Shown: positions 1 to 10,316, counted from the first letter of the stretch. The stretch: 64,000 nt of DNA from Capsulimonadaceae bacterium (GCA_965215505.1 OZ244065.1:2208001-2272000), one strand, 5' to 3'. Translations and numbers: made by a program. Notes: generated by a model from the letters alone, not told the origin.

Positions 1-894
1 TTCGAACGGAAGCACATACGGCAGTTCCTCGCTGATGTTGGTGGTCATCATCTTCAGGACGATCGGATTTGATCTGCTTTGCAGGTCCCCGAATGTTAGC
101 GGCATTTTGTATTTGCGCCCCGCCCCCGACAGCCCCTTCTCTACGGTCGCCCACTCATTTTTGGCTCCGATGCCCTCGATCTGCCCGATCAGCCAGTCGA
201 TCAGCACTGGCTTCCCTTCATCCGGTATGCTCCCTTTCGCCTTCGGATTGTGCCCAATACAGATGCCAAAACCATTGTTCGGCAGGTCAAAAAAGAGTTT
301 GCGCAGCAGTGCCCATCCGGGGCCGACCAGTGCCCCCAGAATCCCATACAGTCCCAGGAAAATCTTACGGCGTACCCCCGTCGCCGTCCCACCGTCCAGC
401 GCCGACAGTCCCCAGCCGACTCCTATACCTGCCAAAGCCCCGAGTCCCAGTTCTGCCGCCGTGTTCCGAAAGAGAGCCCGTGTCATCCAGAGGATTTTCT
501 GCACCACGCGCACGACGGCGAAGCGGCTTGTCTTGCTCATCATGGCTGCAGAGGCGACATTCATCAGCGCCGCCGTCTTCGGCGAGGGTTGGAACAGGTC
601 CCGCAGGAAAGACTGTTCGCACAACTTGTCATTGAGCGCCCCCAACCGGTCGAAACCGTCTTTACCGGCGGCATCCCTAGCCTCTCGTCCATACTCTGCT
701 GCCGCAGACGCCGCCGCCGCGATCGCTCCTGCCGAGGTCCCACCAATGTTGCAAAATCGGTACGTGTCTTTTAGCGCCAGTACCGCCTTGGGGTACACGA
801 TCCCGCTCGTGATCCCCCCCTTCATTACCAAGTCACACTCCAAGAAGGGATTGTTCCCCTTCGTCTCTGTTCCTGTCGTCACTTCACTGCTCAT
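1..894 (-). CDS. Patatin-like phospholipase family protein (3' end runs off the window)
   Basis: Not in the ORF track. Manual translation from ATG 894 gives MSSEVTTGTETKGNNPFLECDLVMKGGITSGIVYPKAV...NIGGTSAGAIAAA, with the glycine-rich oxyanion motif and the G-T-S-A-G nucleophile elbow. Confidence 0.85.
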   Translation of the reverse strand, partial: MSSEVTTGTETKGNNPFLECDLVMKGGITSGIVYPKAVLALKDTYRFCNIGGTSAGAIAAAASAAAEYGREARDAAGKDGFDRLGALNDKLCEQSFLRDLFQPSPKTAALMNVASAAMMSKTSRFAVVRVVQKILWMTRALFRNTAAELGLGALAGIGVGWGLSALDGGTATGVRRKIFLGLYGILGALVGPGWALLRKLFFDLPNNGFGICIGHNPKAKGSIPDEGKPVLIDWLIGQIEGIGAKNEWATVEKGLSGAGRKYKMPLTFGDLQSRSNPIVLKMMTTNISEELPYVLPFE

Positions 895-1606
895 AATCAC
901 CTCGCTTCGCCCTATCGGCGGTCTTAGATATCAGAATTAAGATGTGTCGGTTTTGGAAGGCATGGCCCACCTTTTAAGGGAGCGGTTACCGCATATGTAA
1001 GGCACAAAATAGGTAGAGTACAAAGGCAGAGCAAAATGAGAAAGGCGGCTAAAAATGAAGAGAATTTCTGAGGGTGAATTATCAGTTTTTGGGTCAAAAC
1101 GTCAGGTAAACGCCTGAGAGATGACACCGTGACGAGGGTGTAGAGCAGTCAAGAAGTAACATGTTTCCCCTTTCCTGGCAATCTTCCGTACAGTTGGCGA
1201 AAGGCTCGAGCTTTTACCAAACCTTGTGGATGAAAGTTGCAGCAAACAATTGGTAGTACAGGAGGAACAGGTAAAACACAGTAACTGGACAACAGGACAC
1301 TGCCAGGATAGAATAACACATGAGCAACAAAGTTGTCAATACTAGCAACAGACAAATGGACACTGATGTCGAATGGTAGACAGACTGCGGTATGCGCCAA
1401 CGATTTCGCCATTCTGGAGCATTCTTATATACAAAGGTTTTGGGCGTCCTGTATTCACTGTTTTCTTCCAAGTGTTCAACAATGCGTAGAAAATGGGGTA
1501 AGATATCAACACTTCGTTTCCGGAAATATGGGGGATGAGGGGCCGTAAATTCGTGGTTTATTGCCATACATCGAACTTTGATGGTAGTAAATAACAGGTC
1601 GAGGTC

Positions 1607-1656
1607 GCACTTCGTTGACATCGAAGGGGTCACAAGTTCGAATCTTGTACTGTCCA
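1607..1656 (+). mobile_element. 3' half of tRNA-Val(GAC); probable att site of an integrated element
   Basis: Anticodon arm CTTCG-TTGACAT-CGAAG, T arm ACAAG-TTCGAAT-CTTGT and 3' acceptor strand ACTGTCC-A are present. No D arm or 5' acceptor strand upstream. Flanking DNA is AT-rich. Confidence 0.8.
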
Positions 1657-1778
1657 TTCCTCGCTCTGAGATCATGATAGGTGACTGTGGCTTTGGCTGG
1701 CTCAGTCACTTCAAGATCGTCATTCCCATCCTCGAATAAACCCGTCCTGAACTTACAGAAAACGCAAGGAGAAGCCGA

Positions 1779-2258
1779 ATGGCCGGTCCGAAAACCAGTC
1801 CTCCGCCAAAAGGGTCCTCCGTAGACACAGGGGGAGTCCACGCCAATAGAGGCCCTGCAAAGATGTACGCGGACAGTCCTTTGGCGATGCTTCCCGACAA
1901 GATTGAAGTCACCGGGCATCCGGCAAGGCATGATGAAATTGCCTATCTTCAGGAACTCTACACGGCTGAGAGTTGGAATGATGTACTCGGGTTCCTAATG
2001 GACAACCCCGCTCTGGCACCGCTTCTTTTGGAGGCCCGCCCTCGCCTGCATGACGTCTTCGCAGGAAGCCGATCCGTTCAACTACGCCTAGTTCCGGGCT
2101 ATGAGGAAGACGAACCGGCTTTGCTGTTCGCCGACATCATGACCACGGCGGACCCGATGCTTGCTTTCGATCAGATGAACCGGTTTGAAGACGAGTGGTG
2201 GCTCGATTCCATGACTCCCGCTCAAGGGCTTCTGCATTTTTCGGTGGAGTTCGCCTGA
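1779..2258 (+). CDS. Hypothetical protein, probable partner (antitoxin-like) of the HEPN protein
   Basis: AAGGAG RBS; acidic ORF; stop overlaps the next start (TGATG). Confidence 0.6.
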   Translation: MAGPKTSPPPKGSSVDTGGVHANRGPAKMYADSPLAMLPDKIEVTGHPARHDEIAYLQELYTAESWNDVLGFLMDNPALAPLLLEARPRLHDVFAGSRSVQLRLVPGYEEDEPALLFADIMTTADPMLAFDQMNRFEDEWWLDSMTPAQGLLHFSVEFA

Positions 2259-2665
2259 TGCCGTTTGACTGGCGGGACTATCTGATACTGGCGGATGGTC
2301 TGGTCGGGATGACGGCAGAGTCCGCCAAACGCTCGGCCATAAGCCGGGCCTATTATGCCGCGTTCCATAAAGCGGAAGAAGTCTACTCCAACAATCATGC
2401 GACCTACCTTCAGACACGCGGGACGCAGTCGCACTATGATGTCTGGAACTGGTTTGAGTCCCACCCAGCACTGAGCTACAAGAAGATCGGAACAGCGGGC
2501 AAGAACTTAAAACGTCGGCGCGAAGATGCTGACTACAGAGACATGTTCCCTGGAATCGCAGAGCAGGCGGTATATCAGGTAGCAAGGGCGAAAGAGATCA
2601 CTCAGGGTATCGACCGGATTTCCGCGCCACCTAGAGGCGTTCCGCCCTCAGAAGACCAGTCTTGA
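2258..2665 (+). CDS. HEPN domain protein
   Basis: Starts MPFDWRDYL; contains RSAISRAYYAAFH and RREDADY, typical HEPN motifs. Confidence 0.8.
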   Translation: MPFDWRDYLILADGLVGMTAESAKRSAISRAYYAAFHKAEEVYSNNHATYLQTRGTQSHYDVWNWFESHPALSYKKIGTAGKNLKRRREDADYRDMFPGIAEQAVYQVARAKEITQGIDRISAPPRGVPPSEDQS

Positions 2666-2890
2666 GAAGACCCAAAACAAAACGACGTTGCCTGTCGGCA
2701 GATTGTACTGCCCGTTTCTCCCCCGACCAACCCGACCACTTGTTCATAAGCCATCGCAATGCTGCTTCCACCTCGACCCGGCTCCTCAAGATCGCGCTTA
2801 TGACCCCGCCGGAGGGTATGTCTGGAAAAGCCCCGAATGACAATCGGCAATAGGAGTAGTGACACTATAGTCAGGGAAGGACGTCGAGAG

Positions 2891-4189
2891 ATGCGGAGCG
2901 CGCGGGTTTCTGCGCTGCTGATGGCCTTGCTGCTGACGCTGCTGCCGGGCTGCGGACGGGACACGGGCCGCCGGGAGGCCGGGCCGGTGCGTGTGCAGGT
3001 CTGGTCCATGTGGAGCGGCGACGAGGAGCGCGATTTCGAGCAGGTACTGGACTACTACAACCGCGCTCATCCCGGCGTCGTCGTCGAGAACCTGGGCGCG
3101 GTGGATGACGCCAAGACCGTCCGCGCCATCATCGCCGCCGACCCGCCCGACCTCTGCACCCTGGCGGAACCGTCCTACCTCGGCGCTTTGGCGGCAAACG
3201 GTGCCGTGCAGCCGCTCGACGCGCAGTTCCGGGCGTCCGGCTTCAAGGGAGCCGACTACACGCCCGGTTCCCTCAGCCAGTGCCGCTACGGCGGGCACCT
3301 GTACGCCGTTCCCTACCTATTGGACTGCATCGCCCTCCTGTATAACAAGGACGTTTTCCGGGCGGCGGGCCTCGACCCGGATCGGCCGCCACGCACATTG
3401 GAGGAGATGGAGGCCGACTGCCGCAAGATCACCCGCCGCGACGCCGTGGGGCATCTGACCCGGCTGGGCCTGCGCCCGCCGGACGCGGTCCAGCTCCTGT
3501 CGCTCTACGGCGGCGGCTTCCTGGACTCGGCGACCGGGCGGATCACGGCGGACAACCCGCGCAACCTGGAGGCCGCCGCCTTCGACAAGGGGCTGATGGA
3601 CGCGCAGGGCGGCTATGAGAGTGTGCAGAGCTTTTCCCAGGGCTTCGCCAGCGACATGGGCAGCTTCAACCCGTTCTTCCTCGGCCAGATCGGCATGACC
3701 TTCAGCGGCCAGTGGAACACCTACTGGGCCTACCATTACAGCCCGCAGACCCACTACGGCATCGCGCCGCTGCCCTTCCCCGCCGCCCATCCGGAGCGGG
3801 CGGGGATGGTCTGGCTGGGCGGCAACCTGTTCTGCATCCCGCGCGGCGCGAAACACCCCAAGGAGGCGTGGGACTTCCTGGCCTGGTCGCAGTCGCCCGA
3901 GGGCCAGCGGCGGTTCGCGATGAGCCTGCACGGCATCCCCAACATCCGCGCCTCGCTCCGCGACCCCGCCCTGCGGACCGGCACGGCCTGGCGGCCTCAG
4001 TACGGACGGTTCATGGACCTCTCGGACAGCCCCAACGCGGCCCATTTCCCGCCGATGCCGGTGGCGACGCTTTATCAGAACGCGCTGGCGAACGCCATGG
4101 ACTCCGTCCGCTACGGCCACAAGTCGCCGCCGCAGGCGCTCACCGCCGTCCGCCTGCGCGTCCAGCGCGAGATGAATGACTACCGGTGA
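2891..4189 (+). CDS. Sugar ABC transporter substrate-binding lipoprotein
   Basis: Lipobox LPGC; LLYNKDVFRAAGLDP motif; followed by two permeases. Confidence 0.92.
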   Translation: MRSARVSALLMALLLTLLPGCGRDTGRREAGPVRVQVWSMWSGDEERDFEQVLDYYNRAHPGVVVENLGAVDDAKTVRAIIAADPPDLCTLAEPSYLGALAANGAVQPLDAQFRASGFKGADYTPGSLSQCRYGGHLYAVPYLLDCIALLYNKDVFRAAGLDPDRPPRTLEEMEADCRKITRRDAVGHLTRLGLRPPDAVQLLSLYGGGFLDSATGRITADNPRNLEAAAFDKGLMDAQGGYESVQSFSQGFASDMGSFNPFFLGQIGMTFSGQWNTYWAYHYSPQTHYGIAPLPFPAAHPERAGMVWLGGNLFCIPRGAKHPKEAWDFLAWSQSPEGQRRFAMSLHGIPNIRASLRDPALRTGTAWRPQYGRFMDLSDSPNAAHFPPMPVATLYQNALANAMDSVRYGHKSPPQALTAVRLRVQREMNDYR

Positions 4190-4195
4190 CACAAC

Positions 4196-5089
4196 ATGGC
4201 TAAAGACAGGGCTAAAACAAGACCGGTCCTGACGGGGCTGCTGTTCATCTCCCCCTGGCTGCTCGGCTTCCTGGTCTTCACGGTCTTCCCCGTCATCGCC
4301 TCGCTCTACCTCAGCTTCACCGACTACCGCGTGCTGTCGCCGCCGCGCTGGGTCGGCCTCGCCAATTACCGGTCCCTGCTCGGGGACACGGACTACTTCT
4401 GGCCCGCCCTCGGCAACACGGTCTTCTTGTTCCTGGAACTGCCGCTGTCCCTTTGCCTCGGCCTGGCCCTGGCGCTGCTGCTCAACCAGAAGCTGCGCGG
4501 CATTGCCCTCTACCGGACATTCCTTTTCGTCCCGTCCATCGTCCCCGTGGTCGCGAGCGCCATGCTGTGGCTGTGGGTGCTGAACCCCGAACACGGCCTG
4601 CTGAACGCCGGGCTGCGCGCCGCCCACCTGCCCGCCCCGCCCTGGCTGGCCTCGCCGCTCTGGGCGAAACCCGCGATGATCCTGATGGACCTGTGGGGCG
4701 TGGGCGGCGGCATGGTCATCTATCTCGCCGCCCTCCAGGCGGTCCCGGCGGCGCTGTACGAAGCGGCCGCGCTCGACGGGGCGAGCTTCTGGCAGCGCAC
4801 CCGGCACATCACGCTGCCCTCGATCTCGCCGGTGATCTTTTTCAACCTCATCATGGGCGTCATCGGGACCTTCCAGTACTTCACGCAGACGTTCGTGATG
4901 ACCAGGGGCGGGCCGGACAACTCGACGCTCTTTTATGCGCTGTACCTTTACGAGAATGCCTTCGAGTACTTTCGGATGGGGACGGCCTGCGCCATGGCCT
5001 GGATACTGTTTATCCTCACGCTGGCGGCGACCGCGCTGGTCTTCAAAAGCTCCGCGCGCTGGGTCTATTATGAAGGCGAGCCGAAATGA
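4196..5089 (+). CDS. Carbohydrate ABC transporter permease (MalF/UgpA-like)
   Basis: EAA loop LYEAAALDGASFWQRTRHITLP; multiple TM helices. Confidence 0.95.
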   Translation: MAKDRAKTRPVLTGLLFISPWLLGFLVFTVFPVIASLYLSFTDYRVLSPPRWVGLANYRSLLGDTDYFWPALGNTVFLFLELPLSLCLGLALALLLNQKLRGIALYRTFLFVPSIVPVVASAMLWLWVLNPEHGLLNAGLRAAHLPAPPWLASPLWAKPAMILMDLWGVGGGMVIYLAALQAVPAALYEAAALDGASFWQRTRHITLPSISPVIFFNLIMGVIGTFQYFTQTFVMTRGGPDNSTLFYALYLYENAFEYFRMGTACAMAWILFILTLAATALVFKSSARWVYYEGEPK

Positions 5090-5907
5090 ATAGAACACTT
5101 TCTCAGGTCTTCGGCCATGCCGCGCTCCTGGCCCTCAGCGTCCTCTTCCTCGCCCCCGCCCTGTTCATGCTCTCCACGTCGCTCAAAGACGACGGCCAGA
5201 TCTTCACCCGGACGATCCGATGGATTCCGCACCCGGCGCTGTGGAAGAACTACCCGGCGGCTCTGGAATACTTCCCGTTCTGGCTCTATCTTCGCAACAC
5301 GCTGGTGATCTGTGTCGGGACCGTCGTCGGCACACTCGTCTCGGCCGCCCTGCCGGCCTATGGCTTCGCGCGCCTGCGCTGGCGCGGGCGCAACGCGCTG
5401 TTCTTCGTGATGATCGCGACCATCATGCTGCCGGGACAGGTGACCCTGCTGCCGGTCTTCCTGCTGTTCCGGCACCTCGGCTGGACGGGGAGCTTCCTGC
5501 CGCTGATCGTCCCCAGCTTCTTCGGCAACGCCTTCAGCATCTTCCTCCTGCGCCAGTTCTTCCTCGGCATCCCGCAGGAGCTGTCCGACGCCGCCCGCAT
5601 TGACGGGTGTTCGGAGTTCGGCATCTTCCGAAGGATCATCCTGCCGCTCGCCAAGCCCGCCCTGGCGACTGTCGCGCTGTTCGCGTTCATGGGGGCCTGG
5701 ACGGACTTCCAGGGGCCTCTGATCTATTTGCATGACGAGCATCAGTACACGCTGGCGATCGGCCTGAGCAGTTTCCTGGGCCGGCACGGGGGTGAGTGGA
5801 ACCTGCTGATGGCCGCCTCGACGGTGGTCACGCTGCCGCTCATCATCGGCTTCTTTTTCGCCCAGCGGACGTTCATCCAGGGGATCGCGTTCACCGGTTC
5901 CAAGTAA
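5086..5907 (+). CDS. Carbohydrate ABC transporter permease (MalG/UgpE-like)
   Basis: ELSDAARIDGCSEFGIF EAA loop; ATGA overlap with the previous gene. Confidence 0.95.
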   Translation: MNRTLSQVFGHAALLALSVLFLAPALFMLSTSLKDDGQIFTRTIRWIPHPALWKNYPAALEYFPFWLYLRNTLVICVGTVVGTLVSAALPAYGFARLRWRGRNALFFVMIATIMLPGQVTLLPVFLLFRHLGWTGSFLPLIVPSFFGNAFSIFLLRQFFLGIPQELSDAARIDGCSEFGIFRRIILPLAKPALATVALFAFMGAWTDFQGPLIYLHDEHQYTLAIGLSSFLGRHGGEWNLLMAASTVVTLPLIIGFFFAQRTFIQGIAFTGSK

Positions 5908-6059
5908 GGGGGCGGAAGCAGGTCCGCGCGCCGCCTTCCCGCATTTGTTTTTAGGCCCTAAAGAACTCCCCTCGACATCCCGATACATATACCTATCTAG
6001 TTTTCCTGTAAAGGCGAATGCAAGGCCCTGTTGATGGGGGTTCTTGCTTAGGAAGGCCC

Positions 6060-7520
6060 ATGACCGCCCCATTACCGCCCGACGAGACCGAACGCCTGCG
6101 CGCCCTGTACGAGTGCAGCATCTTGGACACCGCGCCCGAGGAAGTGTTCGACGATATTACCCGCTTGGCCGCCCAGGTCTGCGGCGTGCCCATCGCCGCC
6201 GTTACCCTCATTGACGCGGAGCGGCAGTGGCTCAAATCCGTCGTGGGCCTGAGCGGCAGGGAAACTCCGCGCGATGTGGCCTTCTGCGCCCACACGATCC
6301 TCCAGGCGAATATTTTGGTCGTCCCCGACGCCCGCGCCGACCTCCGATTTGCCGACAACCCCCAGGTGACGGGGCCTCCACACATCCGCTTCTATGCGGG
6401 CGTGCCGCTGATCTCCGAGGAGGGACGTGCGCTCGGCTCCCTGTGCGTCATTGACACTCTTCCCAGGACTCTCACGCCGGACCAGGAGGCGACCCTGTGC
6501 CTGCTGTCGCGTCAGGTCTGTAGCCATCTCCGGGCGGCCCGCCGGGCCACTGAGCGGGAACGGGCCGAGGCCGCCCTCGTCCAGACCCATTCGGCGCTGC
6601 GGACGGTCCTGGAGAGCGCGCCCCTCATCCTCTACGCCGCCGACGCCGACGGGACGGTGACCCTGTCCGAGGGAAAGGGCCTGTCGGCGCTCGGGCTGGG
6701 GCCGAGCGATGCGGTCGGGCACTCCGTCTTCGAGTTCAGCGCGGGGGACACCGAGAACGAGACGAATATGCGCCGCGCATTGGCGGGCGAAGCGATTTCC
6801 TACGACGCCCGCGTGAACAGCGTGTGGCTGCACACTGAGGTGCGGCCCCTGCACAATGCGGACGGGACGCCCTCGGGCATCATCGGCGTCTGCCTGGATG
6901 TGACCGAGCGGATGCGGGCGGAGGAGCGGGTCAATGACCATGTGGTCATCCTGGAGTTCCAGGAGCTGCAAAAGAATGAGCTGGAGAAGGCGAACGCGGA
7001 ACTCGCGTCGCTCGCGACCACAGACGGGCTGACGGGCCTAAAAAATCATCGGGCTTTCCAGGAGAGGCTGGCGGAGGAGGTCAGCCGGAGCGCCCGCTAC
7101 GGGACGCCGCTGTCGCTGATCCTGCTCGATGTGGACCGATTCAAGCACTATAACGATGCTCACGGCCACCCGGCGGGGGATGCAGTCCTCATGGCGGTGG
7201 CGAGCATCCTCCAGCAGAGCGCGCGGGAGACGGATTTGGTCGCCCGATACGGGGGCGAGGAATTCGTGCTGATCCTGCCCCAGACCGACCTGGACGGGGC
7301 ATCGGCCTTCGCCGAGCGCCTGCGCGTCTCAGTCGAGGGCCATTCCTGGCCGGTGCGCGCCGTCACCGCCTCCTTCGGGGTGGCATCCCTGCGGCTGGAG
7401 GACTGCGGCTCGGACGTGATCGCCCGCGCGGACGAGGCGCTGTACCGGTCCAAGGCGGCGGGGCGGAACCGGGTGACGTCCTCAGCCGGGCCTTGCGGCC
7501 CCGTCGTCCGGCATCCGTGA
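6060..7520 (+). CDS. GAF-PAS diguanylate cyclase
   Basis: N-terminal GAF (ERLRALY...IRFYAGVPL), PAS domain, GGEEF active site and RETD I-site. Start placed at ATG 6060. Confidence 0.93.
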   Translation: MTAPLPPDETERLRALYECSILDTAPEEVFDDITRLAAQVCGVPIAAVTLIDAERQWLKSVVGLSGRETPRDVAFCAHTILQANILVVPDARADLRFADNPQVTGPPHIRFYAGVPLISEEGRALGSLCVIDTLPRTLTPDQEATLCLLSRQVCSHLRAARRATERERAEAALVQTHSALRTVLESAPLILYAADADGTVTLSEGKGLSALGLGPSDAVGHSVFEFSAGDTENETNMRRALAGEAISYDARVNSVWLHTEVRPLHNADGTPSGIIGVCLDVTERMRAEERVNDHVVILEFQELQKNELEKANAELASLATTDGLTGLKNHRAFQERLAEEVSRSARYGTPLSLILLDVDRFKHYNDAHGHPAGDAVLMAVASILQQSARETDLVARYGGEEFVLILPQTDLDGASAFAERLRVSVEGHSWPVRAVTASFGVASLRLEDCGSDVIARADEALYRSKAAGRNRVTSSAGPCGPVVRHP

Positions 7521-8564
7521 CAGCTCCGCCTCGATCTGCCCGACGGTCGGCAGACTGTCCAGGAGGTCATCGGGGAGGGCGTCGGTGACGCGGAACCCGG
7601 CGACTCCGATGGGCGTGGCGTTGTTCCGCAGCGCGTATTCCACCGTGACCTGCTCGCGCGTCTTGCACAGGATCAGGCCCAGGCTCGGCGCGTCCGTCGC
7701 GTGGCGCATCAGGTCATCCACGGCGGACAGGTAGAAATTCATCTTGCCCGCGAACTCCGGCACGAACTCGGTCATCTTCAGGTCCACGACGACGAAGCAG
7801 CGCAGGCGCAGGTGGTAGAACAGAAGGTCGAGGTAATAGTCCTTGCCGCCGACCTCTAGGTGGTGCTGGCTCGCGACGAACGAAAACCCGGTGCCCATTT
7901 CCAGCAGGAACTTCTGGAGGTGTGCCAGCAGCCCGTGTTCAAGATGCCGCTCCTGGGCGTCCGGTCCCAGCGTGAGGAAGTCGAAGTTGTACGGGTCCTT
8001 CAAAATCTGCTGGGCCAGGTCCGACTGGGGTGGGGGCAGCGCGCGTGAGAAGTTCGTTAGCGCCTGGCCCTGACGCCCGTACAGGCCGCTCCCGATCTGG
8101 TGTTCCAGGACGGCCCGGCTCCAGCCGTGTTCATGCGCGGCACGGATATACCAGAGCCGCTGGTCAGCGTCTTTGACCCGGTCCAGCAGCCGAACGTGGT
8201 GGCCCCAGGGCAGCGGCGAATTGTGCAACAACTGTTGCACAATTGCGGAGTCGGGATAGGCTTCCGCGAACGCGCGCATGTATTTGAGGTTGCGCGGAGA
8301 AAAGCCCTCCACCCCTGGAAACGCCGCCTTTAGGTCCACCGCCAGGCGATCCACGACTTTCGCGCCCCAGCCGTGCCGCGCCTGCCGCTGCCGGACCTCA
8401 TCGCCGATCTGCCAGTAGAGCCAGACCACCTCGCGGCTGAGGGACAGGGCCGCCCGCACCTGTGCCGTCTGGATGCGGCCCTTGATGTCCGTGAGGAAGT
8501 CCGCGTACCCCTCGAAGCCTCGGGCGATCCCGCCGGCCTCCTCTTCAGTCTCTCCTTGATCCAT
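7482..8564 (-). CDS. YhcG/DUF1016 PD-(D/E)XK nuclease family protein
   Basis: LYWQIG, GFSPRNLKYMR, KDPYNFDFL, DLLFYHLRLRCFVVVDLK and GKMNFYL motifs. Confidence 0.93.
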   Translation of the reverse strand: MDQGETEEEAGGIARGFEGYADFLTDIKGRIQTAQVRAALSLSREVVWLYWQIGDEVRQRQARHGWGAKVVDRLAVDLKAAFPGVEGFSPRNLKYMRAFAEAYPDSAIVQQLLHNSPLPWGHHVRLLDRVKDADQRLWYIRAAHEHGWSRAVLEHQIGSGLYGRQGQALTNFSRALPPPQSDLAQQILKDPYNFDFLTLGPDAQERHLEHGLLAHLQKFLLEMGTGFSFVASQHHLEVGGKDYYLDLLFYHLRLRCFVVVDLKMTEFVPEFAGKMNFYLSAVDDLMRHATDAPSLGLILCKTREQVTVEYALRNNATPIGVAGFRVTDALPDDLLDSLPTVGQIEAELSRMPDDGAARPG

Positions 8565-8800
8565 GTGCTGCTTCCTTTCGATGCGCTCGTTCCTCGGATC
8601 CCTATCACCCTACTCGACAGGTGCGCTGGGAAGCGGAAAAATAGCAAAAACCATTTTTAGGGCTTGGGCGGCGCGGTGGGGGTGACGCTAACTTCGCCGC
8701 ATTTCCAGCGAATCCTGCTTACGCCTGACCGAGAAGTCGCCGTGTCGCCTTGTGCGCCCGCGTTTGTGGGTATGAGGGATCACTGAAGGAGACACCCCCA

Positions 8801-9787
8801 ATGGACTATGTGAAGCTCGGCAAGACCGGCCTCAAGGTTTCGCGCATCTGCCTCGGCTGCATGAGCTACGGCATCCCGGAGCGCGGCGCGCACCCGTGGT
8901 CGCTGGACGAGGAGGCAAGCCGGCCGTTCATCCAGCGCGCCCTGGAACTCGGCATCAACTTCTTTGACACCGCCAACGTCTACTCCGACGGCACCAGCGA
9001 GGAGATCACGGGCCGCGCCCTGCGCGACTTCGCCCGGCGCGAGGAGATGGTGATCGCCACCAAGGTACACGGGCGGATGCGGGCCGATTCCAACGGCGCG
9101 GGCCTGTCCCGCAAGGCGATCATGGCGGAGATAGACCACAGCCTCCAGCGACTGGGCACCGACTATGTGGACCTCTACCAGATCCACCGGTTCGATTCCG
9201 AGACACCCATCGAGGAGACTTTGGAGGCACTGCACGACGTGGTCAAGTCCGGCAAGGCGCGCTACATCGGCGCATCCTCCATGTATGCCTGGCAGTTCGC
9301 CAAGGCGCTGTACCTCGCGGACCGGCACGGGTGGACGCGGTTTGTCAGCATGCAGAACCACTATAACCTGCTCTACCGGGAGGAGGAGCGAGAGATGATG
9401 GGGCTGTGCCGTGAGGAGAGCATCGGCGTCATCCCCTGGAGTCCCCTGGCGCGTGGCCGTCTGGCCCGCCCCTGGGAGGAGCGGTCGGGGACCGAGCGGG
9501 CCGGGTCGGACCAGTTCGGCAAGACGCTTTATGTCCGGACGGAGGAGGCCGACCATAAAGTCGTTGACCGCGTGGGGGAGATCGCCGAGGCGCGCGACGT
9601 CCCGCGCGCCCAGGTCGCCCTGGCCTGGCTGCTGCAAGCGCCGGGCGTGACCGCCCCCATCGTCGGCGCGACGAAGACGCATCACCTACAGGACGCCGTT
9701 GCCGCCCTGTCCCTGACCCTCTCGCCCGAGGAGGTCACATCGCTCCAAGAGCCGTATGTGCCGCATCCAGTCCTTGGGTTCTCGTAG
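8801..9787 (+). CDS. Aldo/keto reductase
   Basis: GINFFDTANVY, LGTDYVDLYQIHR and PWSPLARG; AAGGAG RBS before ATG 8801. Confidence 0.95.
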   Translation: MDYVKLGKTGLKVSRICLGCMSYGIPERGAHPWSLDEEASRPFIQRALELGINFFDTANVYSDGTSEEITGRALRDFARREEMVIATKVHGRMRADSNGAGLSRKAIMAEIDHSLQRLGTDYVDLYQIHRFDSETPIEETLEALHDVVKSGKARYIGASSMYAWQFAKALYLADRHGWTRFVSMQNHYNLLYREEEREMMGLCREESIGVIPWSPLARGRLARPWEERSGTERAGSDQFGKTLYVRTEEADHKVVDRVGEIAEARDVPRAQVALAWLLQAPGVTAPIVGATKTHHLQDAVAALSLTLSPEEVTSLQEPYVPHPVLGFS

Positions 9788-9842
9788 GTATACTGCGTAG
9801 GTATACTAACGGCGTCGGCACATCAAAGGAGACAAACACGTT

Positions 9843-10316
9843 ATGGCGGAACTGGATCTGGCCGCGCAGCTACGCGCGACGACGGAGAGGGCCTACAGCA
9901 ACCTGGTCAACGACCTGAACGCGCTGGACGAGGAGAAGGCGAGCGGCAGCCCGGATACGGCACTGCGCCCGGCGATCAAGGTAGTGGCGGAGTGCGGGTC
10001 GGTCAACGGGCTTCTGGCGGAACTGGTGACGACCGGCACCGCGACGAGGCCGTCGCCGGAAGAGCGGGAGGTCTATTACGCCTCCATCACGACGCGCGCC
10101 GAGGCGCTGGCCGAGCTGGAGAAGGGGACGCAAAAGCTGTACGCGGCCATTGACGGCGTCGCCCCGGACCGCTGGGGCGAGACGGTGCCGACGCCTCTTG
10201 GCCCGATGACTGTCCTGGGGGCGGCAAACTTCGCCGCCCTGCACATGATGTACCATGACGGGCAGATCAACTACCTGCACATGCTGCACGGCGACACGGA
10301 GATGCACTGGACGTAG
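9843..10316 (+). CDS. DinB/YfiT family protein
   Basis: C-terminal HMMYHDGQINY motif; AAGGAG RBS. Confidence 0.8.
   Translation: MAELDLAAQLRATTERAYSNLVNDLNALDEEKASGSPDTALRPAIKVVAECGSVNGLLAELVTTGTATRPSPEEREVYYASITTRAEALAELEKGTQKLYAAIDGVAPDRWGETVPTPLGPMTVLGAANFAALHMMYHDGQINYLHMLHGDTEMHWT

Noticed and set aside
35-940. 301-aa plus-strand ORF
   Set aside because: Antisense shadow of the patatin gene, which has clear motifs on the minus strand.
1607-1656. Functional tRNA-Val
   Set aside because: The 5' acceptor strand and D arm are absent.
3317-5098. Long antisense ORFs (also 17658-18983, 23226-24755, 28989-30872, 36336-37994, 50872-52329, 61693-63042)
   Set aside because: Typical high-GC shadow frames opposite well-supported genes.
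2891-5907. ABC transporter lacking an ATPase gene
   Set aside because: Common for CUT1 sugar transporters that share an MsmX/MsiK-type ATPase; not unusual.
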